Of a stretch of DNA of 64,000 nucleotides, positions 19,498 to 29,010 are shown one piece after another. The stretch is from an uncultured Oscillospiraceae bacterium. Lineage in GTDB: Bacteria > Bacillota > Clostridia > Christensenellales > CAG-138. The notes beneath the pieces are model-generated. The model saw nothing but the letters and a program-made list of their open reading frames with translations. It was not told the origin of the DNA and did not search any database. The stretch's first letter is position 1. Each line of letters opens with the position of its first letter. The position numbers were made by a program, and so were the translations under genes. The stretch covers positions 1,205 through 65,204 of the forward strand of contig CAYZAW010000005.1 in assembly GCA_964476505.1 (NCBI GenBank), given 5' to 3'.

Positions 19498-20430
19498 ATG
19501 AAAACATCAGTTATCGTGCGTATCATCATTTGGTCGGCAGTTGCGATCCTGCTGCTGGTCGTTCTCATCATGGGGCTGTCTGGGCGGGTATCCCCCTTCC
19601 GCGGCATCAGCTTCGGCGGCAAAGTGTTCAGCTTCCCCGGCGGCAACAGCGATTATACCGTTGCCAGCAGCGCCTCCGTTGGCGTAGCCGGTATTACCGA
19701 TATCGAAGTGGATTGGGTATCCGGTGCGGTTAAGGTGGTACCATACGACGGCGACGAAATCAAATTCTCGGAGGAGGCACCAGCCTCCATTAAAGAAGAG
19801 GAGCGCATGCGCTACCGCGTTTCCGGCGGCAGCACGCTGAAGATCCATTTCTGTGCCGATAATTACGTTAGCTTCGACAGCCTGAATAAGGTGCTGACGC
19901 TGCAGGTACCAAAGTCCTATGCGGGTGCTTTTGATCTGGATAACGTTTCCTCTCAGGTAGATATCTCCGGGCTGACGCTGACCGATCTTGAAGTAGACTC
20001 CGTATCCGGCAGGATCAATCTGTCCGGCATCTCCGCCACCGAAGCGGACATCTGCACGGTATCCGGCCCTGTGGAAGCAGTTGGCTGCAGCTTTGTACGA
20101 TCCGATGCAGACACCACCAGCGGCAACTTAAAGCTGCGCGGCTCCTTTACCGAGTGCAAGCTCAATTCCGTTTCAGGCGAGCTGCTCTTGGAGTCCAGCA
20201 TTTGCCCTGCCGCCATCGACATGGACACCATCTCCGGCAGGGCCATCATCTCCATCCCGGAGAACGACGGCTTCACCGTAAAGCAGGACAGCGTATCCGG
20301 AGACTTGGATTGTGACTTTGACGTGCAAATGTCGAACAACCGGTTCGTCCACAAAAACGGTGCGGCGGACTTCAGCGTTAATTCCGTGTCCGGCTCCCTC
20401 TCCATCCAGAAGTACGAGCCCGCGGCATAA
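19498..20430 (+). CDS. DUF4097-family beta-repeat protein (LiaG-like putative adhesin), membrane-anchored
   Basis: N-terminal TM segment, then repeated ...S(V/I)SG.(I/L)... beta-strand units (VDSVSGRINL, LNSVSGELLL, MDTISGRAII, QDSVSGDLDC, VNSVSGSLSI). Confidence 0.7.
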   Translation: MKTSVIVRIIIWSAVAILLLVVLIMGLSGRVSPFRGISFGGKVFSFPGGNSDYTVASSASVGVAGITDIEVDWVSGAVKVVPYDGDEIKFSEEAPASIKEEERMRYRVSGGSTLKIHFCADNYVSFDSLNKVLTLQVPKSYAGAFDLDNVSSQVDISGLTLTDLEVDSVSGRINLSGISATEADICTVSGPVEAVGCSFVRSDADTTSGNLKLRGSFTECKLNSVSGELLLESSICPAAIDMDTISGRAIISIPENDGFTVKQDSVSGDLDCDFDVQMSNNRFVHKNGAADFSVNSVSGSLSIQKYEPAA

Positions 20431-20454
20431 CCAAAAACACATTCTCAACATCAC

Positions 20455-20485
20455 AGAGCGCCCGATATACGGACGCTCTTTTTTA
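20455..20485 (+). terminator. Intrinsic terminator
   Basis: AGAGCG-N13-CGCTCT followed by TTTTTT. Confidence 0.55.
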
Positions 20486-20520
20486 TTGCATGCAAATACT
20501 ATTTTTTGCACCTGCGATCA

Positions 20521-21195
20521 CTAAAAAAGCTGAACGGTTTGATAGGTGCCGGATAACAGGTCGATGCAAAGCAGCTTTCCTGCTAGCGTAGATTCGCGCC
20601 CAAGCAGCACCTTTACCGCTTCCGCCGCTTCCACGGAGGCCGCAAGCGCGGGCGTAAAGGACGGATTTCCGGCAACGCTTGCGTCAGCGTCCTCCGGGTA
20701 CAGTATACGCATGGTATCCTCCCCCGGCATGATGACCGATATTTGTGCGCACCAGCCGCCAATAGCGCCGTGTACCAGCGGGATATGCAGCTTGGCACAA
20801 GCTTTCGCTAGTATCCGCCGGGCGGGGATACTGTCCAGCGCGTCGATCACGATATCGTGCCCCAGCAGCAAGCCTTCCGCGTTTTCCGCCGTGATATATG
20901 CTTCCACGGCTTCTGCCGTAACGCCGCTGTTGATCTTTTCAACCCGCGCTTTTGCCGCCAGTGCTTTGCTTGTACCCAGCAGCCCTTCCTCGCAAAGGAG
21001 CTGGCGGTTCAGGTTGGTTTCCTCAAACACGTCGCCGTCTGCTGCCGTGATGCCGCCTATGCCGATGCGCGCCATGAGCTCTATCACATAGCCGCCAATG
21101 CCGCCGCAGCCTGCCACAAACACGCGTTTGCTTTTTAAAATGGCGCATTCTTCTTTCGTTAGCGCACCAAGATTGCGGTCATATCTGTGCTGCAT
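20521..21195 (-). CDS. ThiF/MoeB/HesA-family E1-like adenylyltransferase (short form)
   Basis: Contains the VAGCGGIGGYVIELMARIGIGGIT...D.V...NLNRQ Rossmann/ATP motif. At 224 aa it has no rhodanese extension. Confidence 0.75.
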   Translation of the reverse strand: MQHRYDRNLGALTKEECAILKSKRVFVAGCGGIGGYVIELMARIGIGGITAADGDVFEETNLNRQLLCEEGLLGTSKALAAKARVEKINSGVTAEAVEAYITAENAEGLLLGHDIVIDALDSIPARRILAKACAKLHIPLVHGAIGGWCAQISVIMPGEDTMRILYPEDADASVAGNPSFTPALAASVEAAEAVKVLLGRESTLAGKLLCIDLLSGTYQTVQLF

Positions 21196-21817
21196 CGTTC
21201 TTTTCCCTCCGCGCCCGTACCCAAAGCATCACCAGCCCCACAGCCAAGCCCGCCGTAAAGCTGAACGCATGGATAATGATGGTGGTATAATTGCCGCCGA
21301 CTATATTTGCCGCGATAAAGTATAAAACCAAATATAATACCTGCCAAGGATACCGCCGAACGGGGAATTCTTCGGGGTATCGCAGCCATAGAATCAGTAA
21401 CACCGCAAACAGACCGAACAGCACGATGGACGAGCCCGCCCCATTGGTACACTCGCTGAAGTATCCGTAAAACATTACGCTTGCCAATACGTCGATCAGT
21501 ATGTATACCACCGTAAAGCGGCGCGCGCCGCAGCACTGCTCCAAATAATGGCCAACGCACAGCAGCGCGGCTGTGTTGGAAATCAAATGCAGCCAGCTCC
21601 CATGCAAAAACGAAGCGGTTATCAGCCGATACACCTGTCCGTTCAGTTTTTGAAAGCCGCTGCCCGAAAGCGCACCGTACAGCACATCCTGCCCGATGCA
21701 TAATCCAAGCAGATACACCGCCCAATACACAGCGCATATAACAAGCGACACCTTGTGTGCCCTAAGAAACGCCGCAATGCCTGTTTGTTGTTTGCTTGTG
21801 CCGTTCTCCCGTTCCAT
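21179..21817 (-). CDS. Rhomboid-family intramembrane serine protease
   Basis: ORF 21179..22021. The likely start is MERENG at 21817, behind a GGGGGAG RBS. Motifs FLHGSWLHLISN (HxxxxHxxxN) and a GAGSS serine region are present, in a multi-TM protein. Its 3' end overlaps the thiF-like start by 17 nt. Confidence 0.7.
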   Translation of the reverse strand: MERENGTSKQQTGIAAFLRAHKVSLVICAVYWAVYLLGLCIGQDVLYGALSGSGFQKLNGQVYRLITASFLHGSWLHLISNTAALLCVGHYLEQCCGARRFTVVYILIDVLASVMFYGYFSECTNGAGSSIVLFGLFAVLLILWLRYPEEFPVRRYPWQVLYLVLYFIAANIVGGNYTTIIIHAFSFTAGLAVGLVMLWVRARREKNDAAQI

Positions 21818-22023
21818 GCGCTGCTCCCCCATCCATTTGTGACCATTATACATGATGCAAACCCGTCTGTCCTGCTTTTCCCTTATCCCGCTTGTACAGT
21901 TATTGCATCCGGCATCGTATGAGGCGGCTGAAATGCTAAATAACACATTATCTCTTTGAATTATGCTTTGTTTTAGGTTCGTATGCTTTATAATAAAGAA
22001 AACGGCGTATGGGAGGCACACGC

Positions 22024-22698
22024 ATGCGGTTATTGGTGGCGGAGGATGAACGGGAGCTTTCCGACGCGCTTTGCGTGATATTAAGGCACAATAACTATTC
22101 CGTAGACATGGTGTATAACGGGCAGGACGCGCTGGATTATTTACAGGCGGATAATTACGACGGCGTCGTGCTGGATATTATGATGCCCAAGCTGGACGGG
22201 TTAACGGTGCTTCGCCGCATTCGTGAGCAGGGAAACCCCATTCCGGTTCTGCTGCTGACCGCAAAAGCCGAGATCGATGACCGGGTAACGGGCTTAGACA
22301 GCGGCGCGGACGATTATTTGACCAAGCCCTTCTCCACCAAGGAGCTTTTGGCGCGCATTCGCGCCATGCTCCGCCGTCAGCCGGATGTAACCGGCACGGT
22401 GCTGCACTTTGGCGACATTTCACTCAACCGCTCCACATTTGTGCTGACTTCCAAAAAGGGCTCCTTTTCGCTGGCAAACAAGGAATTTCAAATGCTGGAA
22501 ATGCTGATGGCAAGCCCCGGACAGTATGTTTCCGCAGAGCGTTTTATTGAACGCATATGGGGATACGACACGGAGGTGGAGCCCAACACGGTTTGGGTTT
22601 ACGTTTCTTACCTTAGAAGAAAACTGACGGCTCTTTCTGATACCGTTAAGATCAAGGTATCCCGCAACATCGGGTATGCGCTGGAGGAATGCAAATGA
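22024..22698 (+). CDS. OmpR-family response regulator
   Basis: MRLLVAEDE...LDIMMPKLDG receiver domain plus a C-terminal winged-helix (trans_reg_C) domain. Confidence 0.9.
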   Translation: MRLLVAEDERELSDALCVILRHNNYSVDMVYNGQDALDYLQADNYDGVVLDIMMPKLDGLTVLRRIREQGNPIPVLLLTAKAEIDDRVTGLDSGADDYLTKPFSTKELLARIRAMLRRQPDVTGTVLHFGDISLNRSTFVLTSKKGSFSLANKEFQMLEMLMASPGQYVSAERFIERIWGYDTEVEPNTVWVYVSYLRRKLTALSDTVKIKVSRNIGYALEECK

Positions 22699-23924
22699 TC
22701 GCTCTTTTACGAAAACGCTTTATCATCATCGCCATGTGTTCCGTGCTGGGGGTTCTGGTACTGATTATGGCGGCGCTGAACATCGCGAATTTTATCAGCG
22801 TATCCCACGATGCAGACCATGTGCTGCATTTTCTGGCGGATAACGCCGGTGCATTTCCTAAAACAGATGCTCCCATGCGAAAGCCGGACGGCTTTCGTGG
22901 ATTTACGCCGGAATCCCCTTATGTTACGCGTTTTTTCACCGTTACAGTGGATGAACAGGGCGAAGCATTAGCCGTAAATACGGGGCACATCCGGGCTGTC
23001 ACCTCCGACGATGCCGTATCGCTTGCCAAATCCGTTTGGACCAGTGGCAGCAAGGCTGGGTATCTTGGAGACTACCGCTATCTTGTAAACACCGAGCCGG
23101 AAGAAACAATGGTGTTGTTTTTAGACAACAGCCGGGAGCTTTCTTCCTTCCGTACATTTCTCTCCTTAAGTGCCTGCGTGTCTGCATTTTGCGCACTGGC
23201 GATATTCTTACTGGTTTGGTTTTTGTCGCGGCGCGCCATACGGCCTATTGCGGAAAGCTATGAGAAGCAAAAGCAGTTCATTACCGATGCCGGACACGAA
23301 ATCAAAACCCCGCTGACCGTGATCGAGGCCAATACGGAGGTCATCGAGATGGAGCACGGCAGCAGCAGTTGGACAAGAAGCATCCGCAATCAGGTGGAGC
23401 GCTTAACGGCGCTTACCAACAGCCTGATCACACTTTCCCGCATGGAGGAGGCAAACAACAATATTCAAATGACGGCGTTCTCCTTCTCGGATGCTGTTTT
23501 GGAAACCGCAAACACCTTTGCCGCGCAGGCAAAAACGCAGAATAAAGAGCTGACACTTACGGTGGAGCAGGGCGTTTCTTATACCGGAGATGAGCCTTCT
23601 ATCCGGCGGCTGGTATCCATACTGCTGGATAACGCTTTGAAATACTCGCCCACGCAAAGCAGCATTATCCTTTCCGTAAAAAAGCAGGGAAAAAGCCTGC
23701 TGCTCTCCTGTGAAAATACCGTGACCGAACCGATAGAGCCCGGCAGCCATCCGGAGCTGTTTGAGCGGTTTTATCGGCGAGACGCCTCCCGCAGCAGCGA
23801 AAGCGGCGGATACGGCATCGGATTATCCTTGGCAATGAGCATCGTAAAGCTGCATAAGGGAAAGCTAAGCGCAAAAAGCGAGAACGGAAGCGCACTTACC
23901 GTTCTTGCCGTATTTCCTGTTTAG
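22689..23924 (+). CDS. Sensor histidine kinase (two TM segments, HisKA, HATPase_c)
   Basis: H-box HEIKTPLTVI, N-box LLDNALKYSP, and a G-box region GGYGIGLS. The start overlaps the regulator stop; ATG 22695 is the alternative start. Confidence 0.9.
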   Translation: MQMIALLRKRFIIIAMCSVLGVLVLIMAALNIANFISVSHDADHVLHFLADNAGAFPKTDAPMRKPDGFRGFTPESPYVTRFFTVTVDEQGEALAVNTGHIRAVTSDDAVSLAKSVWTSGSKAGYLGDYRYLVNTEPEETMVLFLDNSRELSSFRTFLSLSACVSAFCALAIFLLVWFLSRRAIRPIAESYEKQKQFITDAGHEIKTPLTVIEANTEVIEMEHGSSSWTRSIRNQVERLTALTNSLITLSRMEEANNNIQMTAFSFSDAVLETANTFAAQAKTQNKELTLTVEQGVSYTGDEPSIRRLVSILLDNALKYSPTQSSIILSVKKQGKSLLLSCENTVTEPIEPGSHPELFERFYRRDASRSSESGGYGIGLSLAMSIVKLHKGKLSAKSENGSALTVLAVFPV

Positions 23925-23969
23925 TTTTGTTTCGTGCTGATTTTCGTGAGCGCACAATGAATGTCGGCG

Positions 23970-24731
23970 TTATCCGTTGAACTGCTCTGCTACGCCCATG
24001 AGGATTTGGCAAACCTCCTTGGTGCGCGCAAAGCCGGCGGATTTGGTCATATCCCGCTGGTTCATATACAGGCGACGGTTCACTTCGATCATTACCGAAA
24101 CCACCCGTCTGTCTTCTCCGTAATACTTCATGGGGGTTATGCTTCCGGCAAAGGGACTGTTCACCCGCACGGTATAGCCCAGCTCCCGCACCTTATTAAC
24201 AAGCGCGTCCCGCAGGGCAGGCGGCGTATGGTACGCGTCCGTACCGATATCAAAATCCGGCATGGAAAGCACGCAGTCCCACTTAAAGGGAATGGTGGAG
24301 TTGAAGGAATGCCCATCTAATATGGTGCATCTGCCGCAGGATTCCAATGCCGCATCCACGGCGGCTGTCAACCGCGCATGGTGCGGATCGTAATACTCCT
24401 TTAGTACATCGTTTCTTAGGTTTTCATCATACTCCCGCAGCTTGCGACCAAGCACGGTACGGGTATACATCAGCCCCATACCGCGCTTTGCCATGGGCTC
24501 CATATCATCGTTACGAAACCGCTCCACATCGCAAGCCAAGCGGCAAATAGGCGATACGACCATCCGCTCCGGCGCGGCAACGCCGTCAAACAGCTCGTCG
24601 CAAAAGGCATCCGTCATGCGGCACATATCCCGCCAAAGCGCCCGGTCGCTGATCAATATGCCTGCTTTGTATTTCTCCGGAATGTATATAGAGCTATGGG
24701 GCACATGCACGATAAAATGCTGTTCGCTCAT
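23970..24731 (-). CDS. N-formylglutamate amidohydrolase (FGase) family protein
   Basis: 253 aa. The N-terminal VHVPHSS...IP and later DGHSF patterns are typical of the FGase family. An ATGA overlap with the upstream ecfT indicates co-transcription. Confidence 0.65.
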   Translation of the reverse strand: MSEQHFIVHVPHSSIYIPEKYKAGILISDRALWRDMCRMTDAFCDELFDGVAAPERMVVSPICRLACDVERFRNDDMEPMAKRGMGLMYTRTVLGRKLREYDENLRNDVLKEYYDPHHARLTAAVDAALESCGRCTILDGHSFNSTIPFKWDCVLSMPDFDIGTDAYHTPPALRDALVNKVRELGYTVRVNSPFAGSITPMKYYGEDRRVVSVMIEVNRRLYMNQRDMTKSAGFARTKEVCQILMGVAEQFNG

Positions 24732-25618
24732 TTAACTAAAAGCTCTCCTGTAAACTGATTGATCCATGGGCACCAGTATTCGTAGGGGGGCTGGTGCAGG
24801 TTACGGCAGTACACGATGTAAAAAATGATTACGCAAACCACGGCGATGATGCAGCCGCGCACCACCCAATCCGCCTTGGCAGGCGGATGCTCCGAATACC
24901 ATGTGCGTTTTTTGTGCTTGCCGAAGCCGCGAAGATCCATACTGTTTGCAATGTTATCGACCTTGCCGAAGGACGTGATGATCAAAGGCACCAGCAAAAG
25001 CACATACTGCTTGATCTTTTTTCCGAGAGAAACGCGCTTGCCATCCAACTCCACCCCGCGCATTTGCAGAGAATTCTTAATGTCGGTAAAATCACGCGCC
25101 ACATCCGGTATGGTACGGAATGCCAGAGAAATGATATTGCACACCTTATAGGGCAGACCAATTCGGTTGAAGCCCGCGGCAATTTCGCTGGGGGTAATGG
25201 ATAGCACAAAGAATATGGCAACCGCAAAGCTGCACAGGCGCTTAAAGAACATTGCGCCCGCATACCAAAGCAGTTCTTTTGTTAGATACAGGCTGTCCGA
25301 AAAACGCACCAGCAGCGTTTCATGGCTTCCCACATAGGTAAGGGCGGAGTCGCTTGCCACTAAAAACAGCATGGTGCTGCCGATGATGCCGGCTGTTACG
25401 GTTAAAAAGCCCAACATAAACAGAATAGGCTTCCAATTTGGCTTCATGGAGATCACGCCGGCAATGCATAAGAGCAGCATGGGCAGCATCACACGCACGT
25501 CAAAGGTCATGATGATATAGACCGTCATGGTGATAAAGATTAGCGTTTTTGTTAGCCCGTTCAATTTGTGGATAAATGTGTTGCCTGGCGCGTAGCTGAT
25601 GATAAAACGATTATTCAA
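24728..25618 (-). CDS. ecfT: ECF transporter transmembrane (T) component, CbiQ/EcfT family
   Basis: 296-aa polytopic protein with the conserved coupling-helix region (AFRTIPDVARDFTDIKNSLQMRG). It overlaps the ATPase gene by 8 nt. Confidence 0.8.
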   Translation of the reverse strand: MNNRFIISYAPGNTFIHKLNGLTKTLIFITMTVYIIMTFDVRVMLPMLLLCIAGVISMKPNWKPILFMLGFLTVTAGIIGSTMLFLVASDSALTYVGSHETLLVRFSDSLYLTKELLWYAGAMFFKRLCSFAVAIFFVLSITPSEIAAGFNRIGLPYKVCNIISLAFRTIPDVARDFTDIKNSLQMRGVELDGKRVSLGKKIKQYVLLLVPLIITSFGKVDNIANSMDLRGFGKHKKRTWYSEHPPAKADWVVRGCIIAVVCVIIFYIVYCRNLHQPPYEYWCPWINQFTGELLVK

Positions 25619-27338
25619 CCGGTCTCACCATCCTTTCGTAACGGATGAAATGCTCAATAAACCCTTCCGGCGGCAGCTCCAGCTTGCGAGCCAGCGTGTA
25701 CAGGGAGGTCTGCTTAAGGTTGGCGCGCTTGATGATCTCGTCGTTGCTAAGCACGGAGAACACGCTGTCGTCCGCGATCAGCTCTCCGTCCGCAAACACG
25801 ATGGCGCGGTCGGTATTCTCGATCGCAAGATGCATATCATGCGTAATGAAAATGATGGTTTTTCCGTACTCGCAGTTAAGCTTGTTGATGAACCGGATAA
25901 TATCCGTATAATGCTTGTAATCCTGCCCGGCGGTGGGCTCGTCCAGTATGATGACCTCCGGCTCCAGCGCCATGATGCTGGCAATGGTCACGCGCTTTTT
26001 CTGCCCGTAGCTAACGGCATCCACCGGCCAGTTGCGCATTTTATACAGCTCGCAGGTGGTCAAAACATCCTTCACCCGGGTGTTGATTTCCTCCTGCGGC
26101 AGCTTTCGAAGGGAAAGAGCCAGCTCCACCTCCGCCTTGATGGTGTCCTTCACCAGCATTTGGTTTGGGTTTTGCATCACATACCCCACCCGCTCGCCAA
26201 TCTCCTTGATGGTGAGGTTCATGTAATCGCTGCCGTCTATATAGATCGCGCCCTTTCTGGGGCGGCTGATACCCGTGATAAGACGCGCCAGCGTGGATTT
26301 GCCCGCGCCGTTTTTTCCTACCACGGCAATGCGTTCCCCCTTGCGAATGGAAAGCGATACGTTACGAAGCACATCCTCTTCCATATAAGCAAAGGATACG
26401 TTTTCCACGCGGAGGGCTTCCTCGCCAAGGTTGGCGTCAATCTCGTTGGTAGGCTGCTCGTAAAAGGCCTTGAGCTTTGTTTTATCGTCCTCGGTGAGCG
26501 CCAGATTTTCAATATCGCAAAGCGTGGGTTTATCCGTTAAGGTACAGCCCGCGTATTTCATTGCCGTTACATACAGCGGTTCGCGAATGCCGTGCTGTTT
26601 TAATAACGGCCCGGTCAACAGCTCGTTTGGCGTTGTGTCCGCAACGATTCTGCCGTCGCTCATCAGTATAATGCGGTCGATATGCCGGTACAGCACATCC
26701 TCCAGCCGATGCTCCACGATCACCACCGTGCTGTTATTGCGTTTTTGTATGCTGTCGATCAGATCGATGGTGGTCACGCCCATTTGCGGGTCGAGCGCCG
26801 CAAGGGGTTCGTCGAATATCAATATGTTCGCGTCGTTGATCATGACCCCCGCGAGCGATACCTTTTGCTTTTGCCCGCCGGAAAGGTCAAAGGGCAGCGC
26901 CGTTAGGAATTTTTGCATTTCCACAACGGTGGCGCAGTCCAGTACGCGTTTTAGCATTTCCGCCCTAGGCACCATGTCGTTTTCCATGGCAAAGGCAATA
27001 TCCTCCCCCACGGAAAGGCCAACGAACTGCGCGTCGGAATCCTGCAAAACCGTTCCCACGTCTTTACTGAGTTTAAAAATAGAAAGCTGTTTTGTATCCT
27101 TGCCGCATACCGTGCAGCTTCCCTTTGTGGTACCGTGATAGGAAAAGGGTATCAATCCGTTGATGCAGCTTGCAAGCGTGCTTTTACCGCTGCCGGAGGG
27201 GCCTAGGATCAGTATTTTTTCGCCCTCGTAAACCGTCAAATTGATATCGTGCAATGTGAATTCGTTCTGAACCTTGTATTTGAATGAGAAGTCCTTAAAT
27301 TCGATTACGGGCTTTTTCATATGTACGGCTCCGTTCAT
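25611..27338 (-). CDS. ECF transporter fused double ATPase (EcfA-EcfA')
   Basis: Two complete ABC cassettes are present: GPSGSGKST/LSGGQKQK/ILIFDEP and GKNGAGKST/SYGQKKR/VIILDEP. The start may instead be ATG 27320 (MKKPVIEF), after GGAG. Confidence 0.9.
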   Translation of the reverse strand: MNGAVHMKKPVIEFKDFSFKYKVQNEFTLHDINLTVYEGEKILILGPSGSGKSTLASCINGLIPFSYHGTTKGSCTVCGKDTKQLSIFKLSKDVGTVLQDSDAQFVGLSVGEDIAFAMENDMVPRAEMLKRVLDCATVVEMQKFLTALPFDLSGGQKQKVSLAGVMINDANILIFDEPLAALDPQMGVTTIDLIDSIQKRNNSTVVIVEHRLEDVLYRHIDRIILMSDGRIVADTTPNELLTGPLLKQHGIREPLYVTAMKYAGCTLTDKPTLCDIENLALTEDDKTKLKAFYEQPTNEIDANLGEEALRVENVSFAYMEEDVLRNVSLSIRKGERIAVVGKNGAGKSTLARLITGISRPRKGAIYIDGSDYMNLTIKEIGERVGYVMQNPNQMLVKDTIKAEVELALSLRKLPQEEINTRVKDVLTTCELYKMRNWPVDAVSYGQKKRVTIASIMALEPEVIILDEPTAGQDYKHYTDIIRFINKLNCEYGKTIIFITHDMHLAIENTDRAIVFADGELIADDSVFSVLSNDEIIKRANLKQTSLYTLARKLELPPEGFIEHFIRYERMVRPVE

Positions 27339-27393
27339 AAAAATGACCAGTCGCGCTGGAAGCTGCGCCTTTTAAAGCGCTTAATAACAAAAG

Positions 27394-27419
27394 TCGGGGC
27401 GGAGCCTGCTCCGCCCCGA
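27394..27419 (-). terminator. Hairpin (possible partial terminator or attenuator) between the ECF S gene and the ATPase gene
   Basis: TCGGGGCGGAG-CCTG-CTCCGCCCCGA. On the minus strand it is followed by CTTTTGTTATT. Confidence 0.5.
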
Positions 27420-27442
27420 ACGAGGGTCGCGCGCGTTGTTGA

Positions 27443-28039
27443 TTACTCTTCTTCCTGTAAATTGCTGCGCTTCTTATAACGGGAGGCCAAGAGGAACAGC
27501 ACGGGGATGCCTACAATGATCAGCACCGCACAGTTGGAAATGCCGGATGCCAGAGACTGTAAGAACGTGAGCTCCAGATCGGCAGAGTAGAACAGGCTGG
27601 TCATGACCGGGGTGATGATGCCAAAGGCCAAAGCGTTGCCCACGATGCAGCAGGCCGCGTAGATCAGCGCATGCCACCATTTGAACACGCCGTCGGTAAT
27701 GCGTGCGCCGTAAATGGGCAGTAAGCCTACGAACAGCCCCAGGAAGCCGTTGCCAACAGTCCAGTCGAACCAGAAGCCCCAGCCGCCGATCAAGTCTGCC
27801 AAGAAGTTACCGATCAAAAGCGTTACCATGGCGGGAAGCGGCCCAAAGAGCGCGCCCACAATGACGGGAACGATCATGGCGCTGGTGAGGTAGGTATTGG
27901 TGAAAACAGGGATGCCGCCGTAGACCATCAGTACGCCGAACAAGGCGGCACCGATAGCGATGGCAACGATGGTTCTTGTGCTCCAAGTACCCAGCAGCAG
28001 CTTACCAAAGCCTTTCTTTTCGAGAGAGTTGCTTTCCAT
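27443..28039 (-). CDS. ECF transporter substrate-specific (S) component, substrate unknown
   Basis: 198 aa with about 6 TM helices, small size and genomic linkage to ecfA/ecfT. I cannot assign it to a named S-component family by eye. Confidence 0.65.
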   Translation of the reverse strand: MESNSLEKKGFGKLLLGTWSTRTIVAIAIGAALFGVLMVYGGIPVFTNTYLTSAMIVPVIVGALFGPLPAMVTLLIGNFLADLIGGWGFWFDWTVGNGFLGLFVGLLPIYGARITDGVFKWWHALIYAACCIVGNALAFGIITPVMTSLFYSADLELTFLQSLASGISNCAVLIIVGIPVLFLLASRYKKRSNLQEEE

Positions 28040-28158
28040 GAATGGTTACCTCCGTACATATGATTTAGTATTGCGGCGAAGGAATAAATCCCTCACTGTT
28101 AAATAATACAACAGTTATCCAGATTTTTCTACCCCGATATAACTACTATCATAAGAAA

Positions 28159-28998
28159 TTACAGCTTGCGAAACGCGATATGCCAGTGGGTACCGGTGCC
28201 AATGCTGTACGCCCGAGCGAAATTGCCCTGATTGATGGCAACGCCCATGCGCCCTAAGGAGTTGACATAGGTCAGCGGCTCGCCGATTCTTACATCCGCA
28301 AAGGAATGTCCGTAGCTGATGCGGTTATGGTACACAGGCATGGAGCCGTTTGTTATCTTCAACTCCACCTCCTCGCCGTAGCCCACGCCAAGGGTAAAGA
28401 ATTCTTCCTTGGTGATATTCGTCCAAAGGCTTCCGAAGCAGCCGTCAAGTATATCCACACAACCGGTCACGAGCCCGTCGCTTACCGTGACCTTGCCTAT
28501 CTCCACCTCAACGATATCTTCCACCGCAAGCTCGGGCCCAATATCCTCAAAGGCCGCCACGCCGGACGCCAGCTTGGCTCCCGTAAAGGCGTATACGTCC
28601 CGTCCGTGGAAGGTATAGCTGTATTCCGTGTTCTTCCTGCGGTGCTTGGCTTCGTCGATCTCGCGCACGGCGTTGATTCCCACAAAGCGCTTTAAATGGG
28701 TAAGCGTGCCGTTATCAGGAGTCACGATATAATGCCCCATGTTGGTTCGCGCCACAACGCTTTTTCGGTTGCTGCCAACGCCCGGGTCCACCACGGACAC
28801 GAATACCGTACCCTCCGGCCAGTACTCTACGGACTGGAACAGCCGGTAACTGGCTTCAAAGATGTCGTAAGGCGTAATGTCGTGGGTCAGGTTAAACAGC
28901 TTTAGCGTTTCGTCAATACTCAACGCTACGCCCTGCATGGCGGAAACCGCGCCGTCTGTTAAACCAAAATCGCTTTGCAGTATCAGTATTTTGTTCAT
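28159..28998 (-). CDS. SAM hydroxide adenosyltransferase / SAM hydrolase family protein (DUF62), copy 1
   Basis: ILQSDFGLTDGAVSAMQGV..., VSVVDPGVGSNRK and YIVTPDNGTLTH are hallmark DUF62 (fluorinase/chlorinase-related) motifs. Confidence 0.85.
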   Translation of the reverse strand: MNKILILQSDFGLTDGAVSAMQGVALSIDETLKLFNLTHDITPYDIFEASYRLFQSVEYWPEGTVFVSVVDPGVGSNRKSVVARTNMGHYIVTPDNGTLTHLKRFVGINAVREIDEAKHRRKNTEYSYTFHGRDVYAFTGAKLASGVAAFEDIGPELAVEDIVEVEIGKVTVSDGLVTGCVDILDGCFGSLWTNITKEEFFTLGVGYGEEVELKITNGSMPVYHNRISYGHSFADVRIGEPLTYVNSLGRMGVAINQGNFARAYSIGTGTHWHIAFRKL

Positions 28999-29010
28999 AT
29001 CGCGCCTCCG

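Noticed and set aside
21159-21737. A 192-aa minus-strand ORF in an alternative frame within the rhomboid gene
   Set aside because: It overlaps the frame that carries the rhomboid HxxxxHxxxN and serine motifs, and its Arg/Gly-rich composition is typical of an off-frame product.
25599-27138. + strand ORFs of 313 aa and 222 aa overlapping the ECF ATPase gene
   Set aside because: They are antisense to a gene with two complete Walker A, signature and Walker B sets, and have no motifs of their own.
28040-28158. A possible SAM or other riboswitch in the leader of the ECF S-component gene
   Set aside because: I could not recognise any known riboswitch core (SAM-I/II, THI-box, FMN, cobalamin) by eye; only weak hairpins are present. 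An Rfam scan would be needed, so I make no call.
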